A stretch of 64,000 nt of DNA, taken from NCBI GenBank assembly GCA_036172245.1, contig JAYWIR010000015.1, positions 1,178,001 to 1,242,000 of the forward strand. The letters are read 5' to 3'. The notes under the pieces were generated by a model, which was not told where the DNA came from, searched no databases, and was given only the letters and a program-made list of their open reading frames with translations. Positions 1 to 13,179 of the stretch are shown piece by piece. The position numbers and the translations under genes are program-made. The DNA comes from Raillietiella orientalis. Taxonomy: Eukaryota. Position 1 is the stretch's first letter. Every line of letters begins with the position of its first letter.

Positions 1-1437
1 GATTCTTCCTCCTTCCTGAGGGATCACAAGGACATGAGGATTTCGATTTCTGGAGCGAGTGGCATTTCTCCCTGCGTGGCGAACAGAAGACTCAGATTGC
101 TGCCACAGATGCGAGGTGGGAGGTTAGGACCAAACGTCACGGAACCTTCCGAACGGTTCCCCATGGAACCGAAAGACATCCACGTAGCCAGCCATGGTCG
201 GATTGGCATCCAGGAAAGGGGTCAGCCACGAGCGCAATCAAGGAACTCGGGAGGGGGGGAGGTCAACCTTTTCGCAGAGCCCCATCCGATGATCGAAAAT
301 TCCTTTCTGGTTTCGCCTCTTCTGGTTCCCTTGAGACGCCGTTCTCAAAGGAAGAGCGGGTGATGCTCGCTCTCGAAGAGCGCTCGAACTCAAGAGGACA
401 GCTTCCAGTGTTGTCCTATCTCGGTGCCTTCCCAGCGGATACTTCCCCCTGTCGGGAAGTGTCCTCTAGCTTCCATCTCCAGCGTCCGCCTGCTTCTTTC
501 GAAGCCATCCGCCAAGCATGGAAAGCCAAAATGCATCTCCATGCTTGGCGGATGGCCCCCAGAACATGATGGCAGATTCTGGACTCTCCGAGGCTACGCC
601 GACTCCAAGGTTCTTCCAGATGGGGATCCCGAACAGCGGAGCGAGCTGGCGGAAGACGACGCTCCTCGTTCCCAGGAGAAGGAACTGCTGCTTAGTGTGT
701 CCCTCTTTCTCCCCCTTTGTTCATGAACACTTCGGTGTTCCTGTTGAGATCGAAACGTAATGTGCCGCTGTTTCTGCGCTCGGGTTCCCCGCGCAGCAAG
801 TCGTAGGCGCCTCGCCTCCGGAGGAAGTCTCGCGTCTCCAGACTGTCGAAGAGGATGCGGGACGACAAGATTGTTCCCGCGCCTACCTTTGGACTGCGGT
901 GCCCTCTGGAAGGTTTGAGACGAAGGCTGGCTATTTAGCACTCTCGCGCCAGGAGAACACCGCCTATGACCTGCTGGGGAGATGCTCCAGTCGCGCCGCC
1001 CACCAGTTGGGCGGTGCGACTTTTGGCCAGGGGTGCCGCCGTGACTGCGACGGGATCCGGCATCCATCACATCGTTACACCCACCTCCGTCACGCGCTAG
1101 AGTCTCGGCGACCAGCGTGGGAGCCACCTCGACGAGGACGGCGGCGAGGCGGCCTCGTTTGGAGCGAGAGGTCGCCACCATGTAGCGTCGCTTTTAGGAA
1201 GCAAAGAGTGGTTCAAGCCGAAGACTTTCTCTCCCTACCCTTCCTCCTTCCCTTTGTCTATGTGCTGCTCCTTCCCTCGCTCTTTGGGCTTCCTTGAAAG
1301 CCGCCCTGAGCACCGGTGGCCATGCCCGGAGAACTTCTTTTCGTTCCTTCTTTCGGGAACCGAGTTCCCAATGCACGAACTTTTTTATTTTTATTTTCGA
1401 AATGAACGTCCCAGCAGGACCGGGTTAAAAAAAAAAC
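1..1437 (+). mobile_element. Degenerate non-LTR retrotransposon (L1/Tx1-like family) 3' portion ending in an A-tail
   Basis: GC-rich decayed coding-like sequence, then a pyrimidine-rich 3' UTR (~1220-1400), the family terminal motif aatgaacgtcccagcaggaccgggtt and an A-run ending at 1437. The same 3' layout occurs at 40160-40400. Confidence 0.55.
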
Positions 1438-1499
1438 AGGGTAGCGAGCATGCTGGCGACTCGAAAGGGACTTTGGCGTAGCCCGAGATCGGTGGATCT

Positions 1500-3700
1500 C
1501 AGCAGGAGAGGACGAACCGCTTCCCTCCCTCCCTCCTCTTGCCTACCTCCCCCTCCTTATCACCCTCTCTTCTTCCTTCCTTCCTTCCTTTCTTCCTCGC
1601 TTCGCAGCCGCCGGTTCAGCGCGACGGCCTCTCCTGCCGCCAGCATCCGTCATCCACGGGTTTCCTGTGCTGCCCGCATGCTCCGCCGCCGTGAGGGCCC
1701 AACAAACGGGAAGCTTCGCGCTCCGTTTTCTTCCGTTTCCTCCCTCCCTCCCTCCTCCTCCTGTTCTGCTTCGCGGCATCCGTCGGCACGGGTTTCTTCC
1801 CTCTTCCTTTCTTGCTTCCTTGTCAGTCCCAGGAAACTCCCGTATGAAGACCAGCCCCGCAATGGTCTCTGGCTGGCGAGCGATCCCGCGCGCGCGCATT
1901 CCAGGCGGAAGGAAATGCGATGTGCGTCGTCCCGGGGATACGCAGCTGAGGGGAGAACGCAAAACCGATAATCCCGAGGGAAACAAGAAGAGGAGGGGAA
2001 ACACGGGCGCTGGGGCGCGCAGCCGCAAAAAAGGGGAAGTTTTCCCAGAAATTCCTTTTCTCTTTCTTCCGGGAGGAGGAGCTGCGGGATTTTTTTCTTT
2101 CCCCATCCCGACGACGGTCCCTTCCTCCTGGGAACAGTCCCGACCCTTGCATCTCCGTTTTCGATCCCAGGAGGCAGAGCCAGGTGACTCTCTTCAACTA
2201 CCCCGAGGATTGCGCCCTCTCAGAAACGCTCCTGCCGATCCCTCAGGTCCCGACTGCTCTCCCGGGAGTGACGAGCGGTCGTCCCGCCTATTTTTAGGTT
2301 CTTTCCAGGCTCCTCCCGGCCTTCCAGAAGGCCCGGGGGAGCTGCTCATCGCCTCCCCGAAAGGCGAACGTCCCGAGGCCACGCGCCTCCCCGGCGCCTG
2401 CGGTCATCGAGGGCTTGCATCTTCCTCCCTGGATCTGCCCGGCTGGCTCGAGACAGCCGCCTCCCGGAGAAAGCTGTGGGGGAAAGGGGAGGAGAAGGAG
2501 ACGGTTGCGACCTCATCGTAAATCGGAGCTGCCGAGGCTCCGAGGCAGTGGCGACACAGTCACGACCAGGAAAACAAGAAGCCAAGCAGCTGGGTCACGC
2601 GGCGGCAGTGGGAGAGAGCCTTTGAATGCTGCAGGAGAATCAAGCCTGAGAGCAAAGTTGTCCCTTCTACCCGCAGTCAGACACCTCGCTTCCTGCCCTC
2701 ATGCAAGGCGGCAGGAACGGCATAGTCGTCGGTCCGCTGCGCCATGGACGGGAGCGAGCTATGACCAGGAGGAGTCACTTCCGCGACTTCTCCTGAGCTT
2801 GAGGGAGCCTTCCGAAGTTCCTCAAGCTGTCCCGAGGGACCATGCGCGGGAGCGCCCGAGTCTTCCGGGGAAGAACGGTCGCAAAACCCGCAGATCCCTT
2901 GGAGCTGCCGAAGCGTTTGCTGCTCCCTCCATCCCGAGAAAAGCGCGGACGCGCTCCAGACGTCCCTTCCAATCTCCCCCGATAGGAGAGCGGTGTTCCG
3001 GAACGACCAGCTGCCCTGGACGCGACTGCTGGAGGTCCCGAGTTACCCACGGGCGAAGACTCTCCTCAAGAAGCTCCATGCATCTGGAAGCGGTCCTGCT
3101 TCTGCGAGGGCGAAGGAGGAGGAAGCTGGCGAGCGCGCCCAACGACATCCAGAGCCCGCTCTTCCCGCTGCTGGACCGCGTGGTAGGCTGGGACGAAAAA
3201 GTCACGTGACCTGACCTCCGAACTACGCGATCCTTGGTGCGCGAGCACGCACGGAAACTCCAATGCAGGGCGCGCCAGAAGTGGGACCCGCACGCGGAAT
3301 GGAAGGCCCCCGGGCGTTGGTCGGCTTCGTGTTCCAGGATGGCATGGCGTGCTTTCCGGCTGACGCCCGCGGCGAAAAGCGGATTCATGCTCACGTCGTC
3401 CTTGCTGGAGGGGCGCGACCGAGCCCTGCAGCGTTCAGCTCCGACGGCGCGCTCGCGCCTCCCCGTAAACCCCCTCATGAGGGGCGCAGTCCCTCCTGTC
3501 GCCCGACTGGTCTGCTCTGCACCGGCCGCTCTCCCCGGAACTTTTCGAAAGAAGAGGGGTACGACCCAGGAGCCGTCCTGGGTTTCTTTCTGTGACCTGG
3601 GGAGGGAAGCTACTTCTCCCCTGGGTCTTTCTCGGAGAGACCAGGCGAGGGCAAGTCGATGAATGCAAGTGTGCAAGCGCAAAAAGAGGTGAGAAAGCGA
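1500..3700. mobile_element. GC-rich decayed retroelement-like fragments (possible ORF1/ORF2 remnants)
   Basis: Composition and frameshifted Trp/Arg/Pro-rich frames resemble the other LINE fragments. Faint zinc-knuckle-like traces only (e.g. CWALTAAEH). No intact domain. Confidence 0.3.
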
Positions 3701-6700
3701 GTTGAAAGATGAACAGCCGGCACTACACGTATGAACTCGTCGATCGAAGATCGAGTAGAGGGTGCTGCTTCTGCCATAGGCGGTCGAAGATCCTTATCTA
3801 TCTAATATGTGTTTTGTTTTTTTGCTAGAATTTTCTACATGTCTTTCCTCCCAAGTCGCTTGTATTCGGCGGAAGCACCAGAAGATCCCAGCCGCCAGCA
3901 GCTGAGCAGCAGCTCCCGTCCGAAAGAACTGGATTTCCCGTCCCCATTTGTTCTGCTCTATTGATTCCAGCATCGCCTGGGGTGAACATCATCACCTCAA
4001 CTCCCGCGAAATTTCGCTCTCGCGCACACCCTCGCCGGTCGGTCCTGCTCCCGGACCGCAGCCGCCTCCTCTCTGGGTCGAAGTCGACTCACCGGCAACC
4101 CGAAAAAATCGGAAGGCAAGAAGGGGTTGCGCGCCGTGCCCGGAACCCACTCGGGAAGGAGATCTTCCCGGCTGGCTGGTCACACGCGCGTTCGGGTGCA
4201 TTCTGCGCAGTCGCAACGTCCGCGAGAGAAAGGGGCGCGCGACCGTTCGCGGAACTGTCCGCAGGCATCGATTCATCACGTGACGTGCATCCACCCGAGG
4301 CACACGAGAGCCCAGCACACCGAGCAGGCAGGGTCGCCGAAACGTGACACGAGACCCCGAACCTCCAACATTCGCCATGCCCCACGGACAGAAAGCAAAC
4401 AATGCAGCGCCCCACAACGTTTAGGCGCTACGCGCACAGAAATCACACACGCCAAGGGTTCCCCAGCTGCGTTTTCTCACGAATGTTGCATGAATCGGCT
4501 GCACTCCCCATAGCGATCGTACGAGTGCAGGGCGCTGTGGAAACCGACAGGTTTCCATGGATCTTGGATCCGTGTCGGACCCCCCCTGTCTTGGATCGGT
4601 GATGGCGAGGGGTCAGGCAAAAGGTGGTCAGGAAAATGCAGGGTACTCTGAACAGGACCCCGCGCCCTCTTGAGTTGTCTCCCAACATTCGCTTCCTCGC
4701 ATCTTGGGACTCGTCCCAAGATGCGAGGCCCTATCGGAGGAGCGACCCCGGGAAGTGTGCGCTTTCGGATGCCAACGTGGTGCGGCAAGGCATCTTAGAT
4801 CAAGGGGGGTTCCGAACAACGCACCGGCTCGAATGTCCTCGCAGTTCCTTGCCCCTTGGCCAGGCAGCATCGTGGTTCTCATGTTCGTCACATCCTCCAC
4901 TTGGAGAATTCACTCGTGCATTCGTGTTGCAGTGCTACACTGCCCGTGACGATCAGGGGTCGTTCAGAAATCAACATCAAAGGCAGAATCAAAGAGCGCA
5001 TTTTTCTGAAACTCGCCGCAAGCGAAAATCAGCTGAGGACGGAGTGTTTTCGTGCCGGAAGTGGGGTTTCTGGATGTGAGGGACAGAATTGCGCGTCACG
5101 CGCGTCACGTGAATCTCGCGTCACAGCGATCCGCTTTGCTCGTCCGAGGATAAGCGAACCGTGATCGCCGCCCCCTGCTCCTAGCTGGAATTCCTTTTTG
5201 CTGTCGCATGCTGCCGAATACATGAAGCCCCAGAAAGAAGAATGAAGTCCCTGTGCAGGTGTTGAGGACCTTTGTAAAGGAGGAATGCCCTCTCAGCAGT
5301 GAAGGAACTGCTTCCCGGAATCGCAGTCAGGAATTAATGAATAGAACGAAGACGGTGGTGTCCATTCGTTTCCACGTATTTCCGACGGCTTGGCGCAGGC
5401 GCCGCAAGCATGTTAGCAGATAACCGATGCTGGCACGCAGATGTGGTAGGAATCCCATCCGTACACATTTGAAATCCCACACAGTGTTTGAGAGTTTTAC
5501 GGAACGACAAACAGCTGAACGGACTGCACTCAGGACGAGCTGCAACGAAGACCAAAACCCGTAAAACCGAAGTGGAAGCGGTTCAAACACTGCCGTACGC
5601 CAAACATGGACCTGGACGAAAAGGATTAGCGTGACACAGCGTGGGCGTGTGCTGCCTTAAGAAGAAGGACCTTCATGCGATTCGGGCGCCGGATGACGAG
5701 AAGAGTTATCAGTTTCACGACAGCCCGGCATCTGCTGGCACCGATTGCCAGCAGCGATTGCCCGGGTTAAACCGGAAACCGAACAACGACGGGCAACAAC
5801 ACGACAACTGCGGGAACAACAACGTGGTGCACCTGAATCGAAAACTCATTCTGCAAAACCGAAGTAACGGAAACTTGGTTTCCAAGTGACCACTGGGGAT
5901 GCTGACTCCTCCGAAACCACCTTTCCTGTTTAGAATTGCCTATCCTTTGCCTTTAAGAATGGATTGCTATGCGGACATTGCGCTACACACGAAAATGATG
6001 AAGCAGCTGGCATACTGAAGGAAGAATTTGAATTCCAACGTTAAGAAAAGGCTAATTCCACGGAAGGATTCACATTGGCGCACCATTTTGTTTGCCTTGT
6101 GACTTTCGTTCTGCTTCTTTAGAGAGGTGAGAACAAGCACAGCGATTTTTCTTCCGAGTAGACTTGAAAATTTACAGAGACGAAGCACGGCATTCAGAAA
6201 GAATAGAGCGGCGAGAAAACAAGGAAATGCAATACGAGAATGATGAGAAGTCAACACAGAATCGACACCCTTCGTGTTTTCTCACCTCGAGGCACAAGAG
6301 TAAGTGCACAGTCATAATGGCCAAGTTTATTCCAGAAAAGGAAATCTAGTAAGAGGAGTTTGCTATTCCTGAAAGGTTAAAACAACAAATGCCATCGAGG
6401 GGAGGGAAGGCAGCGAATCGCTAAAATGATTCTCAACAAAAATCTAACGAGGATAGGAAAAAAAAAAAAATGCAAAAGAAAAGAAAACTGCAGTTATGAA
6501 TCGTAATCTCAAAGTACCGAGTCGGTATTATCGAAGGTATCTACAGAGGAAGTAGAATGGACTTTTCGTCCTTTGCACTCGGTTTGCTTGCCTAGAATGA
6601 GTCAGCGTGCGCAGGCATCACCCAAAATGTATGCACGCTTTGAAGACTCATAATGCTTGCAAGAAATGTACACAGAAGTGGCATGGTCCATAATATCTAC

Positions 6701-8699
6701 TGGCGACAGGACTAGACGGTTAATATTTGAGTGCACACCTCTTTGTGGATGAAAATTAACTGGATGCTTAAGCAAGGTACCTGCGTTCCGAAACGGCGCC
6801 AGCAACCCGAAGAGAGAAAGAGATCCAGTTGCCTTGACAACGAAAACCCAGAGCGCGGCATCAACGCCTTTGAGAATTTTTGGGAAAGTTCGAAGCAGAG
6901 CGCGATATGCAGGGCTGTGCAAGACCTCGCACATCAAATGGTCAAGATGTGTGTGAGATAAGCGTGCTCGCGAGGTCAAGATTTGCTAAATCAGTAAGCC
7001 ACAGATGTTTGTTCCGTGCATGCCGAGGCCGATTCACGCCACGTAAAAAGGCCATCCAGATAGGCTGAAGCTATCGTGATTTCTAAGGGTGTGGACAATT
7101 AGAAATCACGCTTTTCTATGCTGTGTGCGTGTGTGTGTGTTTTCAATCCATAGAACACTTCTCTCTGAACCGCATTCATATTCGAAAAGCCATAGGAAAA
7201 ATTTGTCCATGGCTGTGTCCGGGGTCAATGCAGCTCACGTAAAATACATGTACGCTAGGAAATCCAGAGATATTTTAGAAAACTCCATAAAGAATGAAAA
7301 AATAAGCAAAAAGTTAAAATCAAGCTGAACCACTCCATTCCGTGCTCCTATTCTATGATTCCTCTATTACTAGTTACTCTGTGTTATGAACCGAAGTTTT
7401 GAAATGCTGGGAAATCGGCAAAACCTTGAAAAGTGTGAATAACTACTCTTTAAGCGGAAGAGGCAAAGACGTCAGTTGACGTAAGAGAAGACTTGACGAG
7501 CGTAACATTTCGAGGAGCACCGAAACCGTAGTGAATTGAGTTGTGACCAGAACGCATGACAAAACACCCTTGGATGGACAGTTTTCATGGCATACACGCT
7601 GTCATCATCAATCAGCACGTGATGACTATTTACGAAAATGCAGTTTGTTAGCAAAAAAGAGTGGAAAGCAGTAGCTGCTCCTCGTAGTTGTTCACATAAC
7701 AGTAGAGGAATACGTGCTGCTTATATAATGATTGCGACATTTCCGCAGGGGGCTTGTGGTGTTTAAACACCTTGGGTGGATAGCTTCTTACCAGCAGTTT
7801 AGATGTTGTTGCGGCAACGCCTTTATGGGATTTTGATTTCCGAAAGAGCATCATCAGCTTTGCCGCATTTAGGAACCACAATTCAATTCTCGACTAGATG
7901 GTCCCCTTGAGGAGGCTGTTCTAACTCGCACATCTCACATTTTCATATCGTGGAAAAATAATACTCTAGCGGAAGACGGATCAAGGTGACCGTCACCTCG
8001 AGTGGTAACTTTGCATTTTTTTTTTTTCTTTCTTTTGTGGGTATGAATCTTAGGTTTCGAATTCTTATACATTTAAGTGATTCCAAGAGCGTGACACTTC
8101 TGGCACGGAAGCACATAACCATGCTAAGTACTTTTTCCATTTTGTCCCCATCCGTTTCCTCTGTAACGATCCCAGTTTGCTGCCGAACACTACGTGACGT
8201 GCGTGTTTGAGACCCAAGCAGATACTTGTTCAATTATCTGAGCTCCATCTGTAACAGTAAAAGTGTCTCTCTCAGAATAAAAGCGTCCCGAAAGGGGAGG
8301 ATAAGAAAATGGCAAAGCACGACAAAGAATCTGTTGTTTTCAATAAGGCGGAGCTCTTCAATGAACACGTAATAAAAGTGATCTCGAGCCATTGCTTCTC
8401 AAATGCTGATTTCTAATATATGTTTTCGGGCAAAATTAGTCCACACGACGCAAGTTTTCGGAACAAGAAATAACGTCTATCCACACAAAATAAAGGTACG
8501 TTGCCCCTTCCTTCTCCATAAACGGATCACGGAAATTCATTAAGAAAAAAAGACGCTTGAGAAAGTGCATCACAAAAAGGAAAAAGAAAAAAGAAGGGGG
8601 GGGGGAGGATAAGAAGCTCCGACGAATAGCTTTATTTCGATCAAAATGCGAAATCAGGGGTCAGCCGGGTTTGTCACAAAACTCTCACGGGAGAAAGAG

Positions 8700-10260
8700 C
8701 TCTTTCCAACCAAGTTCGGAACCACAGGAGTGGAACTCTGACCAGTGAATGAGAAGATCTCAATTGCTGCAACCGAAGCACATTAAAGGGAGAGAGAGAC
8801 GCAGCCGCCTCGAAACTGTGGGCAAAAGTGAATGGTTGCACGTGTTGAGATGGTGCCCGAGAGGATACGGAACAGGTCCGACTGACTCTGGGGCGACTGG
8901 TTATTTGATCGACGAAGATTTAAACTCGAACACAAAAGCCTGGGTTTCACATCTCAGATCAAGTCATCCAGAGAGATGGAAGCAAATCTTTGGAACAAAT
9001 CCTCACATCGAAATCCATTGCACAATTAGTAATAAAGGCAATGCAGACTCCTCGTGATGCATCATCAAATCCAAGGAGCAGCAACGGTGCTTTCTTCTAC
9101 CTCCCATTTGCATATGCTTCCAGGGAGGAAGAAAACATTAGTGATGTCCTAATCAAAACGCAAGCGTGGCAGCAAGTGCAGAACGAGGAATCTGGGGGGT
9201 GCTCGAAGGGTAGAAATGTGACAAAGCTGGTACTGATGAAAAGATCCGAAAAGATCGCGGTCAGTAGTTTCCATCTGTGCGAGACTGTCCAGAAATGCCG
9301 TGAACTCCTTTTCTCAAGAGACGCCTGCATTATTCGTGGCCTAAACTCCTTAGTTCCGCCTCGAAATCCTCCGTTACGTTGAAGCATTGCCCCTTACTGT
9401 AACCTTCACGTACGTCCACATATGCTGAGTCAGGATTACACCTGGTCCATCCGATCGACGGCTTCGTCTCGTCTGTGAGCTCTGAAGCAAAATCTGCGTG
9501 CCTGTGTTGCGCTGGAGATCATCATCTCGGAGGACGCTAAAGACATAAGAAGGAAACGAGCAAGTCCTCCAAGATCTAGGATTCGTGTTCCTTCCTCATA
9601 GCCCCAGCCGATGGAGATGCTGAAGATGACCAAGAGCCTTTCGTTCGAGACTGAACTCGGCAGCGCTGAAGACTACATCGCTCTTTTTCCCTGCGAGACT
9701 CTTAGATCACACCGATCACACCTTATCTATGCAGATCACACGTGTTAGATTGTTGTGGTGTTGATTCTTTGCCAAGTCGAGGCCAACCTCGTGAATGTGT
9801 TCCCTGACCTCGGAGCATCTGACCGTCCAGAGTCCATGCAATTTCTTCACGAACATGTTCTCTTGCCTGTGCTCTCGAAAACCAGATCTTCAACGCGTTT
9901 ATTGGGTCCTGAGAGGTACTCCATTCTGTGGAGCAGCATTTTTTTTTTTTTTTTTTTTCAAAGAGATTGTGAGAAGATGAAATGTCTCAAGATGGATCGG
10001 AAGTTCTTGGATCTTCAGCTGTTTGGTTATTCTGATTCAAAGGATACGATTTGGTGTTTGCGCCGAATGCTGTACTCATATGGAGTCTCTGGGAATTTTA
10101 GTTGGGGTCCTCGACGGCAGCAGGAAGTTTCCTTGCAGATGACTGCAAGAAAATTTTGAAGACGGATATGGAAGTCTGAATTTGGGTCAGTAACATTGGA
10201 GTTTCTTCAGAAGTTGCTCGTACCTTTGCTAATGTCAGATAATTTCGTTTTACGAGTTCG
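8700..10260 (+). mobile_element. Highly degenerate non-LTR retrotransposon ORF2 remnant
   Basis: Scattered traces in plausible order: endonuclease-like LIDEDLNSNTKAW (cf. GDFN..W), LGSAEDYIALF (cf. YADD) and FSWGPRRQ. Many stops and frameshifts. Confidence 0.3.
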
Positions 10261-11200
10261 GTGGCTTATTTCTGTCGATTATTAAGGCAGCTAATAAGTA
10301 TTTACTTTTTAAAAAAGAAAAAAAGGAAAAAAAGAAGGGTTTCCTGGAGATGAGATGAGATTACTCCTGTGGATCATCTTACTCAAGTTATGGCAGTTTC
10401 ATCAAAAGACGAGACAGATCCTTCAGAGAGAACACAGGACACATGCAAGCTTTCCAAGACCAAAAATCCCACAGGCTGAGGTCGCAAATCCAAAAAAAAT
10501 GGATTCCTAAAGAGGATGCAGATGACTTCTCACAGATACCAGTTTCTTACAGACCGAAATGAAGAAGAGAATCCAAAGTGGATGTATGCTAAAGCACCGG
10601 AGCTGTCTGATTGCCTTGAGGATCACACTTGCTTCTGAGCAAAATTCTTCCTGTCGTCTTCGAACGAGATGAGCAGCAGAAACCCCTCGTGTTCCCCTCT
10701 GTCGCGTGACGCCATGGCTCATTACGTTCCTTTCAGAGATGAGAGGCAAATTGGTGGAAGAAAGCACGAAATCGTAGAGACGGAAACTTAAGAAACAGAT
10801 CTCTTTCAAGAGCACGATCAGGTGATGCAATAGTGGTCCCACAAAGTCAGTGCATGCAAAGTCCCTACGGTCTCCAGGATTGAGTGTCATGAAAATGAAG
10901 ACGGGGACTCGTGCAAAACGTGTTGTCGTAGAATAAAAAACAATCATTCCCCAATTGAAGAAATTATCGAGAAGGCTAAATAAAATAGACAGCACCCAGT
11001 TAAAGGTGAGAAGTGGAACGATATGATGACTGCACCAGCAGTGAGCTAATGAAAGTAATAATTGTTAATAAGAATAATTGACTTTTTTGAGGTTTGAGGT
11101 CGCATAATTCTCGCTGGAAGAAAAAAACAGTATGGCTCAAAAATAATGATAGATGAAGAGTGGCAGGCAAACTCTGCTAGTTTAAGAAACCCGAGCCCAC

Positions 11201-11207
11201 ATTTCCA

Positions 11208-11258
<51 letters not shown>

Positions 11259-11265
11259 TTCCACA
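11201..11265 (-). repeat. T47 homopolymer flanked by a 9-bp direct repeat ATTTCCACA
   Basis: ATTTCCACA (11201-11209), T47 (11210-11256), ATTTCCACA (11257-11265). Confidence 0.85.
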
Positions 11266-12837
11266 CTTTTGCGTTCGTTTTTCAGTATCTGCAGCTGAAC
11301 AGAGGCTTCGCCTGAAATGTAGGTGAAACAGTGACTGCGTCTGCGTCCATTCCACTGTGAATCGAACTACTTACTAGTGTGATACGCTTCGTTAGCAAAG
11401 AATTATGAATCCTGGTGGTAACTAGGGAGCATTAAAGATGGCAAACGTAAGCTGAAACACTGATCAGGAGGAGCACTCCACAGAGCGAACTCTTTTCAGC
11501 ACGTAAAGGATACTTCCTTGTATTCCATGAGCAAATCTCTGGAGCACAAATTATATCCCATCCAGATTAGATCCTCGAGATTTTATCCTCTAACCTGGGT
11601 CTGATCGGCAGGCGTTCTCGTAAGCTCAGCAGATACGAAATATTTTATTCCAGCTCGAGCACTTTTCAGCCCACTTGGAATTCATTTCAGGGTCAGTTAT
11701 GTAGAGCGACAATCAAGGAAAGATAGGGTCCAGGTCAGAAGGAAAGAGTTGGCTTGAAGTCAGGCGGACTTTTGGCTCTTCTTTTTTTTTTTTTTTTTGG
11801 TTCGTTTAGTGAATACGAAGAGTGCACCTTCACTGTCGTTATCTGTGCCGCCCAGTTAGCACGTTGCGACCACCACGAAAAATAACGTCTGGATTTGCAG
11901 CGACCAGCGTATGACTCGGCATTTATTTGTCCAAGACGTCTCCTCGAGGCATCGCTGACCAAACTGTTTCGGTCAGATGCACGAGTCTTTGCATCTTTGT
12001 ACAAAAAGAAAGAACAATAATAATAATAAAAGCAGCTCTGATTTCCAAAAGCACGTCAGAAATCATGAAACCGTGCCAAATCGATGCCGGCGCTTTAAAC
12101 TCGGGAATCCTTTGGATACCAAAGGTTAACCGGAGACTTCGGCTTTGGAAGCAAAGTCGTTGGTTTGTCACCGTTGTTAAACGGGAAAAGAGTTAGTTTA
12201 ATCCTTGCCATCTTCGAGACTCCCAACAGTGATAAAGGGTGTATGCCACAAATTCAGGAGGAGAAAAAAATCACTTACGTTCCCCAAGATTCGGAAAGTC
12301 ATCCGGAAGTGGAAAACAGCAACAAAAAAAGAGATCGAGACTAAAGGTCACGAAGTCATCAAGTGAAGAAAGCACTGTTGTCGCTTTGGGATCATCGCGT
12401 TGACTTCGAAGCGGCAGTCAGCGAGTCTGTTCGAATTAGAAAATCGACCTCACTGCTCCCAGTCTCTGAAACGATGGAATTTCTTTTGCAGAAAAAACAG
12501 ACTTTGCGAAGGCCGTGCGTCTGCATTCTCCAGAAACGGTTGAATAGCCGGAGGACGCGTAGCCGAATCCTCACTTGGATCCTCATTACTTATCCTCTAC
12601 ACTGATAATCTAAGAAATGAGGAAAACCCTGACCAACGAACCGCATGTGAATTGGCGAAGATTCTCCTCAATCAAAGGCGGCAGCAGCGAAGGTTTTGCA
12701 ATTCTTTGTCGAATCAGATCTCATGGCGTACAGATTTTCTTCGTGGAAGACCAAAACATCCATCCTATGTAATTCGATTTCGAGAAAGAGTGCGGACTGG
12801 GAAAATCTGGCAAGTTTTCCATTTCGGGAATAAAGTT

Positions 12838-13179
12838 CAGCAAAGCCCCCTGTATGACGCAGGTTTTCGTAGGGGAGACAGCCTTCGTACAAAGCGGCGA
12901 ATAACCCCTGTGTGATGTGACCTGCGGATGGGCCCCGACTTCGCGGTCAGGGCGTCGGCTCAGCTGTTTTTGAAAAGAGTACGACATTCTATTCGCAATT
13001 CTTTTCGTGTACGAAATAGGGCAAGGAGGCATTCGTATTAAAGTGAAGTAAATATTCAGATATTATTACGTTTAAGATACATTCTATACCTTTTATACAT
13101 ACTTTTGTAGCATCCACGTATAACCCACGGGGCTCGTATAACGCGGAACGTACCCCTTGCGTTATACGGGGGTCTACTG
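12838..13179. mobile_element. Pogo/Tigger-like MITE (degenerate)
   Basis: Left end cagcaaagccccctgtatgacgc matches the reverse complement of the right end, cagtagacccccgtataacgc. Subterminal repeats (cgtataacgcgg) near the right end. Confidence 0.6.

Noticed and set aside
4500..4620. Cluster of short hairpins as an HDV-like or hammerhead ribozyme
   Set aside because: No conserved catalytic core or nested pseudoknot could be identified by eye.
24..5200. Many overlapping 100-290 aa ORFs on both strands
   Set aside because: Arg/Pro/Ser-rich shadow ORFs expected in GC-rich decayed repeats; no recognisable domain or splice structure.
7360..7383. Single TIR-like end (reverse complement CACAGAGTAACTAGTAATAGAGG)
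   Set aside because: No matching partner end was found in the window.
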